Made by a program: the position numbers and the translations under genes
Source of the DNA: Lepidodermella squamata
Lineage: Eukaryota; Animalia; Gastrotricha
Direction of reading: 5' to 3'
Assembly: GCA_047495785.1 (NCBI GenBank)
Contig: JBLDXI010000011.1
Coordinates: 248,001-312,000 of the forward strand
DNA length: 64,000 bases
In this document: one piece after another, positions 12,136-25,444 of the stretch
Layout of the letters: each line of letters begins with the position of its first letter
Numbering within the stretch: the stretch's first letter is position 1
Notes under the pieces: generated by a model
Database searches by the model: none
What the model was told of the DNA's origin: nothing
What the model saw: only the letters and a program-made list of their open reading frames with translations

Positions 12136-13440
12136 ACCTTGCAATGGATTCGGGAAATTCAGGTATTTATCGCCAACAAAACGTCTGACCTGTTATCAAC
12201 TTAAAACACCGATCAGTGTGTACACTGAGTAGCCACGAGAGCTTGTTACTTGGAAAACAGATACAAATAAAATCTTCGAAAATATTCTTGGAGTTGGCTT
12301 GTTGGGAAAACAAACAACTTTCTACTTGTCACCTCTCACCTTCCAAACTAACGTAAACAGTCGTAAATCCCAGTTGTTCATCGATATTAACCCTTCCAAG
12401 ATCTTATTTACAGTTTATTACCTGCCATGTCATCAATTCGAGGAGCTTTTTTCACGAGGCTACATCCGTCCAAAAAGGGAAAATTGTCTTTCCGAAAACC
12501 GGCTATTGATAAAAAACCTTCACCACGTGCATGCTTGCCCTTTTATTTACGATGATCAAAACGGGCCATCGCCCACAATAGCTGAAGCGTACCAGTTGAT
12601 AGCAACAAACGACAAAACAGCGAAAAGAAGCGCAATAATGTCAAGCAATCGCGGCAGCGTTATGCCAGGGCAGCACTTCGACCGCAGAACTTTCCGCTTC
12701 AGCGAGCCGTCATGCGACTCGATGTAGCTACACACCGCCATGTCGTACATAGCTATCGCCCCTGTTAAGGCGGTTAACAGCAAAATATACTCGGCGAATA
12801 AGATGCGTTGGGCTGTTTGGGGGACACCCTCCAGCACGTCGGATTGCGCGACAATGAGGGCGAGCAGGATTGTCCCGCAGAAAACCGATCGATCAGGTAG
12901 ATTCGGGTGCATGATGAACGAGCCGAATACGAGAGCCACCAGAATGTAGCAAGGCACTAGTAAATTGACTAGATAATGCGACGGGTCACGGGAGAACAGC
13001 AAATGAGCTGTTGCATAGCTCGCCGTGCCGTTTTTCCGCATCAGTGACGGCGTTGTTGAACTGCGGACTCTCGAGCCCTGGTACGTCCAGATGCTGTGCG
13101 ATGCGGCTAGGTTTTGGCTATTGAGCATGAGCCCGCCGAATGCGACATACTCGGGCGGTTCTTCGATGAGGAACGTGAATTCGCACATTTGCGAGTCGAA
13201 CGGGAATTTTCGCAGATTCAACGAGCATTTCGAGTTGAAATTGCCCAAGCGTGTCCAGTGAAAGTACAACGTCCGATTCGGTCGGTCGGGTAAATACCTT
13301 TGAAATTCGAAAATGAAAATAAGTAAGTTTGAAAAAAAATCAGAAAGAAAATTAACAAATTATAAATAAATTTTAAAATCAAATAGAATTCATGACAATT
13401 TGAAATAAGGATTCCAATTTAAAATTTTCAAAAAGCTGAA

Positions 13441-14237
13441 AATCATAAGAAATATTTGCACATTTTCCGGCCCGCCGGTGTTTCCTCCGCGCGCGCGCTC
13501 CTATTGGTTGGCTCGTTTTACGCGTAAATACGCCTCGCTCGCATTTATTGCGCAACAAATAATTGCAGCCCTCCCTCGCGCGCGCGCAGGAAAATGTACA
13601 AGTCCGAAATTCAGGAGAATAACGGCGCGCTAGGGGTTGGATTTTGGATATGCGTGGTGGGTGGTATAAAAGGCGAAATTTTCGTATATTCGCTTTTTTC
13701 ATTGGTATTTCAAGTTGATTTTAAATTTGAACAGAATTTTTCCCTGAAGTGTTCAACATCACCCTAAAATAGCCCAAAATAGCGCGCCTAAAATGCTTAT
13801 TTCCAGTTTATTTTTTTTTAATTTTATAATTTTTCATAAAAAAAGCGTGTTCTTCGAAAAAAATCCATCACATCCTTTCTCTTAAATCAATTTTTATATT
13901 CTTATGGCCGGTGTTTTTGGATACGAACTGATAATTCATCAAATAAGACGTGTAGGCCGCCACGATGCAGTCAATTTTGTTGTCGTATTAAAAATACCAA
14001 ACATCCTTTTCAAGGGTGGGCTTATATTTTTGTTGGAAAGCATGCAGCATGCTTGTCTTCGACTTAGCAAACTGACTTGGACTTAGCGCACGGGCGCTCA
14101 GGGCGAGTTCGAGTGCGCGCGCGCGGGGGTAGGCTATAATTATCTTGAAATGTTGCGCAATAAGCCCCAACCAATAGGAGCGCGCGCGCGGAGGAAACAC
14201 CGGCGGGCCGGAAAATGTGCGAAATATTTTGATGATT
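13441..14237. mobile_element. MITE-like inverted-repeat element in the last intron of L1
   Basis: gcacattttccggcccgccggtgtttcctccgcgcgcgcgctcctattggttgg at ~13458, with its reverse complement at ~14167-14220. Confidence 0.85.
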
Positions 14238-14643
14238 ACATAATTTGCATGGATTCTGAGTAGTCGCGCCCAATCATGTACATGTCGCTGGAACTGTTAG
14301 CCGAAAGAACTCGTGGCTGCCAGACTGCCCTTGGATTTTCCACTATTATCCGCTCGTCATCCTCCACGCCTGGACCGGTGATATTTGCATCGCAAACGAG
14401 AATTTCCCACTGCAGAAAAATCGAACCCCACACTGAAACCTGCTCAGTCATTGGGTCTATTGTCCTCAAGCGCTCGATCGTAAATGTCATGAATACCTAT
14501 AAATTATTTATATTTTATATATTTATATATTTAATTATCACATCACGCCCGGCGAATTGGGTACACCGGAGTGAATTTTATTTTATCATTTTTCCTTCTC
14601 ATTTTTGTTTCTTCGTTTCTGCACTTGAACTCAATTGTTATTA

Positions 14644-16423
14644 CAGTGTAACCCCGATTCTCCGTCTTTTACGGTTCCAAGAAAATCCTGGCGGGAAATC
14701 CGAATTGACGGGAAATAATTTCAAGCGTAATTTTAGAGTTCCGAGCGAATTTTTGATGGTTTTAAAGCAATTTTCACGATAAACAGCCAATGAAAGTGAA
14801 CATGGACACTTTCACGCTTTTATTGTCTGTCATTATTACCAAATCATACAGGCGCGACTCCGTTATCATCTTAGAATTGTAGTTACATGCGCCCAGTTGT
14901 ATGCGCCCATCGTGTTTGCGCCCATAAAAATGCGCCCTGACTTTTTCGCCCCGACTTTTGCGCCCCGTATTTTTACGCCCTGACAATTGCGCCCTGACAC
15001 TTGCGCCCCGAGATTTCTTTGTTGGAAGAAAACTTTGTTGTCCTAATCATATATGGATCCTAATATGAATTGGCTGTTCCCCAAATACCTGACCTGTATT
15101 TAGAGAAGATATACCTGAAAATTCTTTTTTTATTTCTTGATTGTTGACGAAGAGCCAATGCACCTTCAAGCGTGCTCATTAATGGAAAACGCAATCATTT
15201 TATGACTTTTGTATTAGACTTTTCAGATATTCAGTAAAAAACCACCCAGGTGAAGTGATTCAGAGAGGTGATTATAAGGTTATCGAGGGTTCGATTCCAA
15301 AAATCAGCAGTCAATAATGGAATCGAATCCGGGAAAACAAAATCGATATCCTTATTCTACAGGTGCCAAGATATTATTTAGATATTTTTCCAGAATTTTA
15401 GGAAGTCAACCGCAGGTAGGCCATTTAGTGGAAAAAAAGTTACCAAACTTTTACTTATAAAATTGCACTCCTCCTCGGTAACATGAAATTAACTCAAATC
15501 TCGAAGATATGAGCATCATTAAACAGTTGCCATTGGCAAAGCGGAAAGAACACTGGGCGCAAAGATCGGGGCGCAAATGTCAGGGCGCATACTGTATGCT
15601 GTATGGGCGCAAAAGTCAAATGTAATGTCAAAGTAATGTCAAATGTCAAGGCGTAAATTTATGGGCGCAGTAGTCAGGGCGCAAAAGTCAGGGCGCATTT
15701 TTGTGGGCGCATGTCACCATCTACCATCATCTTATAAGGCCGATTCTCAGCTGTGGTCTCAGCTGTGATAGAAAATGTGATCCACGTCTCTTTGCGCTCT
15801 CTTAGTGTCACGTGACAGAGTAGGTGCCGGGAGCGGCGTTGCGTAAGTGTCATTTTTATACCTTTCCATTGGCAGAGCGCTGAGTTGAGAGCGCATGCGC
15901 GAGCACTCACTTATCAATTAATCTTTACTTCCGCATTTCTCCCTCATTTTGAAAGATAATCGCGCGCAAATCGGCACTTCATCCTAACTTTTCCCGCTGA
16001 ATCCGAATATCTAATTTGTTTCTAGAAATTTCTCACCGTTCAGAATTTCGTATCGTCTTCCTAAGCCTAACTCGTGGTATTAGTAAATCATTTATCACTA
16101 GCGCGCCAGTTTGCCTACTAAAACTAACAAAATAACCGACAGATAATAAATATATTCAGAATATATAATAATTAGTTATAATACTTATACGTAAAAAAAA
16201 ATTCCCAGTCAGGCTGACGGAAAATCAAGGTAAAATAAGCCTGTGTGGCTTCTGCGGTTCCACAAAAAACCTGGCGGGGAATCCGAAATTGACGGGAAAT
16301 TAATGACGGGAAATCTCCGCCATTATTCGATATTTTGTATAGGCATCGTCTGGTTCTACGAAAAACCTGGCGGGAAATCCGAAAAGACGGGAAATCGAGG
16401 GACGGAGAATCGGGGTTAAACTG
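14644..16423. mobile_element. Non-autonomous Tc1/mariner-pogo-like element (TA TSD) in an L1 intron
   Basis: TA|cagtgtaaccccgattctccgtc ... gacggagaatcggggttaaactg|TA. Confidence 0.8.
14881..15718. mobile_element. Foldback-type element with ~15-bp periodic GCGCCC repeats in its inverted arms, nested in the pogo-like element
   Basis: Left arm tgcgccc repeats at ~14888-15010; right arm gggcgca repeats at ~15554-15712. Confidence 0.8.
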
Positions 16424-17212
16424 TATTATGTTATTGTTGATCAAGGAAAAGATAAAATAAAGAAAATGCTATGCTATGCTATGCTGCTATTTATAAATTT
16501 ATAAATTATAAATTATTCAAAATTTAGTAAATCATGAAAAATGTTTAAATGGGCTTTAAATAAATTCGTTAAGTACATCAAATTTGATTTTAATTTTTTT
16601 TTAATTTTTTGCAGCTACAGCTTTCAAATTCTGTGAACAGACTTACTTTGGTGCCCTCGGCCGGTGAGCGAATTTGAGGCCTAACGTAGGGACATTTGAG
16701 CAAATCTTCAACGGTAACAACCGGTATCATATTGCCGTCGATCAGCGTCGGAATCGGTATTTCAAAGGAGTCATTATTCTTCGCTGAAATCGGCCCAATT
16801 TCACTCAAATCGAATTTCATCGGCTCGAGTCGATAAATTATCAATCGATCAACCTTGAATAATGGAAATCTTTTAATTAATTTGCTAATTGATATTATTT
16901 TTCATAAATATAATTCAAGATTTTTTAAAATTTAAAATTCAAAATTTAAAAATCTACTTGAAAAGAAAATTCTAAGTTTTTAATTTGAAAATTCGGAAAA
17001 ATTGATTTTTTCACTTATTGAACAAACCTGAACATCGCCATCGAAGCCTTGCTGCCCAGCCATGCGTACCCTAGTGAGTCCATTTCCAATGATTCGTCCA
17101 AGGCCCGGCACCGAAATATTCGAGAAACAAATCGAAGCTTGACTTGTTTCATCATTAACTACCCCAACATCCATCGTGTCGTTGACACTTTGAAAAATTA
17201 ACCGCATCGAGG

Positions 17213-18300
17213 GAAATATACTTTATTCGACATTATATTCACTTCTTTTTCCATCAAATTCCTTCTTTTTACATTAAAACTTTTTTCTGCCATTATCCAC
17301 TCTTTTTTAACATTATAAATACTCTTTTTTCCATTAAATTCAAATTAAATCAGATGATCCCGAAAAAAATATTTTTGAAATCGCCATCGTCTTCTGAGTC
17401 GGAATATGCCCTGTTCGGTTATTTATTCTCGAGCTTTTATTCTCGAGCTCTTCTACAGTCGTTTCTAGCGATGGGTCTGAGAAGGTTAGAGCAGGTCGAG
17501 GTACGGCGGTTGTTTACGAAGAGGCATCTCGCTTTCAGCATGACTGGGATACGGTCTTCAGTAAACCTTACTACAACCAGTTCTCGGAAGGCTTGACGAA
17601 GCCGAGAAAGCTGCAATTCAAGTGAGTGAAACTAGAAGTAAAATTAGTCATTGGAAACGACTTTTTATACAAGTGGATGCGACGTGAAACCCTGGTCTTG
17701 AGAAACCCTGACAGGGGTGTCCCAATGCTTCTAGGGATTCCCGACGTCAAGAAACGTTTTCAAAGAGTACTCATATCCGAGTTTCCAGCCACGAAGATCA
17801 TCAAGCTTACAAGCGAATCATGAAGGTTGTTCGAGACGCTAAGCCGAATTTCATCGTCGATGCCGTCATGGGAGATGGTTCGAAGGCCATTACAAAAGCA
17901 GCAAGGAAAGTGTTTCCCCGCTCTCGCCGTCTGATGTGTGCATTTAACGTTTATAGAACGTGAAGGAGTGGCGGAGCAGCCGAAACCGTATGTCAAGTTG
18001 CATGCTCGGGTTAAGAAAGACATTGATTACCTGCAATTATCTGGTTCCGATGAAGATTTTAAGCTGGCATCAACTGCTAAATGGCTTATGAGGAAAAACC
18101 AGGGCATATTCCGACTCAGAAGACGATGGCGATTTCAAAAATATTTTTTTCGGGATCATCTGATTTAATTTGAATTTAATGGAAAAAAGAGTATTTATAA
18201 TGTGAAAAAAGAGTGGATAATGGCAGAAAAAGTTTTAAATGTAAAAAGAAGAAATTTAATGAGAAAAGAAGTGAATTTAATGTAGTTAAAAGTATGGTCC
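17213..18300 (+). mobile_element. Internally deleted Mutator-like element (MULE) with ~200-bp TIRs and an 8-bp TSD (CATCGAGG)
   Basis: TIRs at ~17213-17413 and ~18100-18300. Internal transposase remnant QVDAT and AVMGDGSKAITKAARKVFPRSRRLMCAFNV. TSD copies at 17205-17212 and 18301-18308. Confidence 0.9.
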
Positions 18301-18735
18301 CATCGAGGAGTGACCAGATGATTTCGGCAGCAGATCGCGAATGCCACAGCCTGGTTCTGATATGGCTGTTGCATTGCCTGGGATTCGCGCGAATTCGGTC
18401 AGTTGTTCGGCAACGTAGCTCAAATAGAGGCGGCCTGATACGCCGAGCTTCAGCCAGAAACCTACGCCCAACAGGCCTGTGTATGAGTCATAGTGCTCGG
18501 GCGCGTCACTCAGCGAGTAACCTTGGGAAGAGAATTTGAAACAATTCATTTGAAATTCCAATTGGAAAAATTATTCTATTTTCCGAAAATTATTTAATGG
18601 GTTTCCCCTAAAATTATTGTTGATTAATTACCCGTATCACAAATTTGGAATTTTAATTAATAAATTATTGTTGTTGAGAGGAATTGTTAGATATAAAACT
18701 GTGGCCGAAATTCGTAAGATTACACTTAAATGGGA

Positions 18736-20532
18736 AGTTGAGAATGTAATAGGGAAGTTGAGAAATTTTAATAAAGAAACAAGGTTAATAGGGTTTTTTT
18801 CTCTTTTTTTGGAAAGTACGCTAAGTCAGAGATTTCAAATTTGAATTCCGCGCCGAAAAAGATTGCCGTAATGGCAAAATTTGCGAAATTTAAAAACATT
18901 GCAGGCCCCAGAGTGTCATATGATTCATTGACGTTTGGATAATTTGCATATTCATAACTTTTTTTTATTCATAAATGCGATCGCGATCATTTTTTTGGCT
19001 AAAAAACCTAAAAATTACGCACAAATAATTCGCCGCGCGTTCGATCAGGAATGCACACACAATCAATTAATTTACAATTATAATTATTCGCATTTTTTTA
19101 AAGAGTGCATATGCAAATGAGTTTGGCTGTTGGTATGCGCATCTTTGTTTAACCCACACTTTGCCTATTATTTTGAATAGTTTATTAATTTTGGCCACCA
19201 CAGGATTGAATTTGACACTGTTTTCATTTCAAACAAAAGTCTTATTAAATAGCGCTCCGTCATTTTATCGAGATGTAAAAACGCATTAAAAAGTAAAAAA
19301 AACGCTTTAAAAAACTTGCATTTTTTGCATTTTAATTTGCATTTAATTTGTGAATATGCAAATGAGCCAGGCTGTTGAGATAAATTTCACGCAAGGAGGT
19401 ACCTTTTTTGTAAAATGGTCGTTAATATTCCTTTTTGGCCAATAGCTCCGCCCCGAAATGCTGCAACTCTGGAAGTTGCCGCTTAGTCCGCCGAAGTGCC
19501 AAATGTTGCGGTTTGGCGGACAAGTCAACGACGACGACCGGCTGTTTGTGGGTGACGAGAAGCTGCCGAAGGTCGCGACGGCGAAGTACCTGGGTGTCAC
19601 GTTTGACGCGATCGGATCGTGGAAGCCGCATTTCGACAACATCGAGGCGGATGCGCGATCTCGACTCGGGGCTCTTCGCCGGGTCTGCTTTCCTGGTTCG
19701 CCGCTTGGCTTTGCCTCGCGGAAGTTGCTGTATCTGACGATCGTGAGACCGGTTCTTGAATACTCCTGTGTGGCCTGGTTGGATGCGTCGTATGCGCAGA
19801 AAAAGCGCTTGATCGTGCTGCAGAACAACTGTTTGCGGGCGATCATCGGCTCGTCGATTCTGGACAAGCAGGACGAATCTGAGCTCTACCGCCTAACTGG
19901 AGTGGAGCCGCTGGAACGCCGCTGGCTGAAACTAGCAGTCGGCTTTGCTGATCGGGCTATGCAGTTCGTGCCACCAGTCGCCGCCATGATCGCCGACCAT
20001 CGTCGAGAGTGGGGCGTGGCTGGTACCCCGCTCGGACAGTTCATCAATTTTGTGGGCCGTTAGGCCTTGTCTATCTATGTATTTATATGAGCATCAGTCA
20101 GTTTAATACAGAAAATAAAACAACAAAAACCCATACACAATACACATATATACACAAAATAAAATAAACAACAAAACCACATTAGCCCTGTGCCACGACT
20201 GTAAATGAGTGTGTGCGTTGTCATATATATTTCTTGTTTTTTATAAAAAGATGAAACGCATAACATATGCTGTAATTGTTAAGATTTGCTGCATTTGATA
20301 TCATTGCTACTACTGTCGGTCAGAAGTTGTTAAACAAGAGACCGTTTTTCCAATAAAACAAGACCGTTGGAAAAAAAAAAAGCTGCCAGTGGAGTCCGCC
20401 TTGGTCCTGTTTGCAGGACCACGGTGGCCCTAGGTGGCATTTCGGTGGCAATATGAGCTTTTGGCCAAAGTTTTGAAAATCAGTCATTTTTTTTGGCTGA
20501 TTTTCTCAACTTCCCTATTACAATTCTCAACT
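18736..20532. mobile_element. TIR element hosting a nested LINE
   Basis: agttgagaatgtaatagggaagttgagaaa at ~18736 and its reverse complement tttctcaacttccctattacaattctcaact at ~20502-20532. Confidence 0.55.
19465..20381 (+). mobile_element. 5'-truncated non-LTR retrotransposon (Jockey/I-like ORF2 C-terminus) with polyA tail
   Basis: KYLGVTFD...LLYLTIVRPVLEYSCVAW...LQNNCLRAI; AATAAA at ~20352 and polyA at 20371-20381. Confidence 0.9.
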
Positions 20533-22556
20533 ACAGGGGTATAAATTTTATGCGGAATACTATTCAGTAGATTTAGTCCACCGAAAATAGGCCCAGAATT
20601 GTCTCAAAGTTCACTAGAAATTTGTACTGATAACATGCCGATAGACTTCACGTTACGCGTAACTTGCGCTATTAGCGTTTTTGATGATTTAATTTAACTG
20701 GCCCCAGTCTTCATATGAGATATCGATTTCAAGTATCGGACAAAAATCAGAAAAAATAAAGGGCAGCGCTGCAACCTTTATACAAGTGGCGCAAGAGCAA
20801 GACGCTTCTCAAATTGTTCCTATAAATATTCATTTTATACATTTTCAAAGGGTTTTGATTCTTCAATATCTCTCGATACCATATAGAGAAAAATCGGTAC
20901 ATCAGCTAAGTAGAACCATTGTTGGACCTGGGTTCAAAGACGGTTGGTGTCGGAAAAATTATACTGATTTGCATCAATATCATCAAATCATCAAATCCCG
21001 TCATACGGAAATCTCATTCACTTATGATAAGACCCAGGGCTAGCGTAAATGGCATGCCCTCTAGTCCTCAAAGCTCGCTTTGACTAACTCGTACAAATTC
21101 CGCTCATTACGCAAAAACTGCGTAATAATAAGATCTACTGTCAGACTTGAAACGCTGAAAACCAACAGAATTCTAGAATTCTAGAGCGTCTTGGTGTTTG
21201 AACTCTGAATTAAGGGAGTGCTCGTGGCACACGGGTTAAAACCTTACCGTATGAAATGCGGCCTGATGAAAGCATGAGTCCAAACCAGCCGTGAGCCGTA
21301 GCTGGTTTTGTTTTAAAATTCGATTGAATATCGATTTCGAGCCTAAAATCTCGCGCATTCGTATCGATCACCTAAACAGCCGAAAAATGCATTAAATTAT
21401 TCAAAAATTCAATAGAAAATTTCAATTCGAATAAAGTTATTCAATCGAACTTCAGCGCCGACTTTTAACAAGTTATGATTTTTTCCAAATTTTTACCGAT
21501 GAAGACGTAGCGGCGCCATAGTGGATATTATTCGCCATTGAGGTGAGTCGATATCCTGAGATGGCTTGTTTCTTCGCGCCGCCAAACAGCGTGTAATTGC
21601 CGTGAAATCGACGCTCATTCGCCGTCGCATTGTAACCGGAATGGAAAGACAATTTTGAAAGATAAATGGCGGTAAAATTTTCCGGAATTGGAATCACATC
21701 TTCGAACGAAGGCTCGACCTCAGGCGAGTAGGTAACACCTGAATTCGGACACGAAACAAGTACGATCGATGCGAAATATCGAACGAAAATTAGCAAAAAT
21801 TTAGCCATTTCCGTTGATTATTACAGAGAATTATCGATGTGGGAGAAAGAAGGAGGAACCAGGCCCTGGTCTACATCGATGCGGTATCATTTTTCGATAT
21901 TTGTCTGAGACCCACGCTTCAGCATGGAAATTCGATATCACAAAGGCTATTTTTTTGCTTCGCATCTCGCGTTTTTTATTAATAATCGCCAATACAAAAG
22001 CCAATGAAAAAAATAAGACGGATGAGTATTTTCATTTGATCGGATCTATAATACAAGTTATAGGCACAAAAAGGATGTTTTCGGGTATTAAAACACATTA
22101 TAATACAATATTTCGTATACATTGGTAAAATTCAAAAATAATTTTTCAGGAAATCCAGCTAAACTGGGACACGGCCAAAAATTGCAAAAAATGCCTAAAA
22201 CTTTCATGCCCTAATTCCTAATTATTTAGAAAAATTCAAGATAATTCCCAATAAAATTTAAATTTTAAAGTATGAAAATTCGATTTTTCAAGGAAATTAT
22301 TATATATTTTTCGAACTGTTTCATATTATTCCTAATTATTCCTAAATTTTAAATTAAATTTATTTATATGAATTGAGATGAATTTTTTTCAGTCGACCAA
22401 AATTTCTTACATTTTTGTATGCTCAATCGTCAAAGAAACTACATAATGCCCATTATTTTTCCTTAATTTTTTTAATTCAGGTCCAAATTTTAACATTTTT
22501 TTGCTATTTTTATTATTTTTGATAATTTGCCATGTCCCACTTTTGGTAATCCGGAT

Positions 22557-25444
22557 TTAGAAGGCAATAAGACCGGCATAGACGTTGATGGCCGCGAAAG
22601 CGAGCCCGGCTACAACGAGCGCGCTCAGGTCGTAGACGCGCGGTTTCGTGAGCTTCAGCGGCAGGTGGTGCGGCGTGACAATCTGCGTCATGGCCTCGTC
22701 GTCGAGGCACACGTACGTACACACGGCCATGTCGTACATGGTTATGGCGCCGGTGAGGGCGGTTAGCAGCAAAATGTACTCGGCGAATAGAATGTTCTGC
22801 GACGTTTGCGGCACGCCCTCGAGCACGTCCGACTGCGCGACGATGAGCGCGAGCAGGATGGTGCTGCAGAACACGGAGCGGTCGGCCGAGTTCGGCTGCA
22901 TGATGAACGAGCCGAAGACGAGCGAGACGAGGATGTAGCACGGCACGAGCAGGTTGATGAGGTAGTGGCGGGGGTTGCGCGCGAACGACAGGCACGCGAT
23001 GCCGTAGCTCGCGGTGCCGTTTTTTCGCGTCATCGAACGGTCTTGTTTTATCCGTTGAACCTAAATCCGTTGAATTTCGTAAAAATATTTCAATTTTTTA
23101 ATTTAAACTTGATTTTTAAATTTTACATATTTAAATTGATGAATTTTTTGAATATTCAATTTTTTAATTATCAAAATTGAAAGAGACTAGGAATTTATAA
23201 ATTTTTGAAATTACTCAAGTTGAATGGAATGGTTGAATTAAAAAATTAAATTTGAATTTTTCAATTTCAAGAATTGAAATTTCGGTTCTTCCCGTGTCAT
23301 GAAACTATTTCAGACATTTTTCGATTTTTTGTCCCATTTTCTCACCTTAGTCGTAAATTGCCAAATGCCTTCGGAATCTGAAAGTTGAGTCGTATCGACA
23401 ATAATGCGGCCGAATGTGACGAATTCAGGCGGTTCCTCGATTAAAAATGTGAAATCGCAATCCTGGGAGTCGAACGGGAATTTTCGCAGGTTGAGGTAGC
23501 ATTTCGAATCGAAATTGCCCAACCGAGTCCAGTGGAAGTAAAGCGTCCGGTTGGGCCGCGTTGGCACGTACATGACCTGCATCGACTCGGGCAGGCCCTC
23601 GATGAACATATCCGTCGAGCTGTTGGCAAATAAAACCTAAAAAACAAATAATAAAGAAATCGATTTTCAATTTTCAAAAATTTACTGAACTCAAAACTCT
23701 TATAATAATTTGGATTTAATAAAAAAATTTAAAATTTCTTCCGAATTTTTCAAAATTTCAAAATTTAAATTTTGTTATAGTGTGAGAATTTCTTTCAAAT
23801 TTTAAAAATCATTGGACAATTTTCCTCAATTTTCCTATATTTCTATTTTACCTGCGGCCGCCAGACGTTTTTTGTATCTGGCGCCAGAACTCGTTCGTGC
23901 TCCTCAACACCCGGCGCCGTGTACTCAGCATTGCACGAGTTGACCTCCCACTGCAGGTACAGCGACCCGAGCACCGAAATCTGCTCCGTCATCGCGTCAA
24001 TCGACCGCAGTCGCTCAACCGTGAAAACGACGTGAATTTTCGTGCCATACTCTGGCGACCTCACGTCCGGCTCAATGAACGGGCACTTGATCAGGTCATC
24101 CACCTTAACCAACGGGTGAATGTTGCCGTCGATCATAGCCGGGATAGGTATGACATTTGGGTCGTCGTCTTCTTCGATTATCGGCAATTTCGGTCGATAA
24201 ATCAATCGATAAGATAGTAATTTTGCCACTGTTGCATCGCCATCTGCGCCTAAATGGCCGGCGAATCGCAGTTTTGTACCACCGGAGGTGAGAATTTTAC
24301 CGACACCGGGTAAGCTTTCGCCATTGAAACACATCGCTGAGACATAAGAGTTGTCAGGTCGCTTCAAAAAAGCTCCAACCTATAATTCAAAATTAAAATT
24401 AAAATTTTCAATTTTAAAACTTTCGAAATATTAAAAAAAATCAAAATTAAAATTTTAATTTATTACACAAAATTTGAAGCTTGGAAGATTTTAACAACAT
24501 TTTCAAAAATTTACCGTGAGTTGATCTGCCGCAAGTTGAATGACGAGCCGAACCGAGGTCGATCCAGTATCGGGGAAAATTTCCGGGCTTCCGCAGCCAG
24601 GCTCCGACGATAGGGTCGAATTACCGGGCATTTGGGTCATTTCCTTCAATTGCTCCGGCGAATATGTGACAAATAGCTGCCCATTTGGCATCAATTGCTG
24701 CCAGAATGCCAGGCCGATCAGCCCGGTGTACGAGTCGTAGTACTCGCCTGCTGTTGCGGAATAGCCGAAGGAGATTCGACCCGATGATAGGAGGAAGCCG
24801 AACCAGCCGAATGACCCATTAGCTCGATAATTTGAAACCAGGTCAAGTTCAAACCGCAAATCGGTTGATTCTTGATTTATGACCTAAATAAGACACATAC
24901 GTTCAGCCGAAGCAATAAAAAGAGCATTGAAAATCTAAGAAAACTTGAAAAACGAAAAATTCATAAAATAAACGAAGAAATTCAGGAAAATAAATGAAAA
25001 AATTAGGAAAAAGGGTCTAAGAACCTACTTCGAAATTCGCCCTGTGGAAAACCGAGAAATGAGGATAAATTGAAAAATCTGAAAAATTGACAAATTTCGG
25101 GCGATAAATCATAAAAAAAATTGCATAGGATGAATTCAGCTCTCAGCCGTTTTTTTCTAGTAATTTCTTCAATAAATGCCTCTTACGCCGTGAGAAGTTG
25201 CTGCGCCATACGAAGCATTTGCCATAAGAGTCAACCGATAGGCCGTTCCTTGCCTTTCCGCATTTCCGAAAACGCTGAAATGCGCCTGTGGCACGCTGGA
25301 ATTCGCGTCGAAAAACGACAGAGTCGGCAGATATTCCGGTGGTTCCACGTCGTAATTTTCAGGTAACGGCAGCAGGTCAAGCGAAAGCGATTGCGCGTAA
25401 TTAACCCGGCAAATCGATAGCAGCACAAAGGCAGTGATCAGCAT
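22557..25444 (-). CDS. L2: lectin-like/Cys-loop ligand-gated ion channel fusion (~649 aa); exons 25444-25187, 24883-24515, 24379-23852, 23636-23346, 23060-22557
   Basis: Signal peptide; N-domain FSVFGNAERQGTAYRLT...RFELDL..GWFGFLL; Cys loop CYLNLRKFPFDSQDC; four TM helices; splices in frame. Confidence 0.9.

Larger units (their letters stand above)
12556..21808 (-). pseudogene. L1: lectin-like/Cys-loop receptor fusion (~679 aa if restored), disrupted by a MULE in exon 3; exons 21808-21497, 21371-21248, 18521-18301 plus 17204-17028, 16853-16647, 14496-14240, 13297-12556
   Basis: Cys loop CSLNLRKFPFDSQMC; M1 RDPSHYLVNLLVPC; four TM helices; N-terminal domain homologous to L2-L6. Removing the insertion and one TSD copy restores GHSS-MRLIFQ in frame. 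Confidence 0.85.

Noticed and set aside
14888-15010. Regularly spaced short repeats suggestive of a CRISPR array
   Set aside because: Eukaryotic intron; ~15-bp period without unique spacers; mirrored arm at 15554-15712 indicates a foldback TIR.
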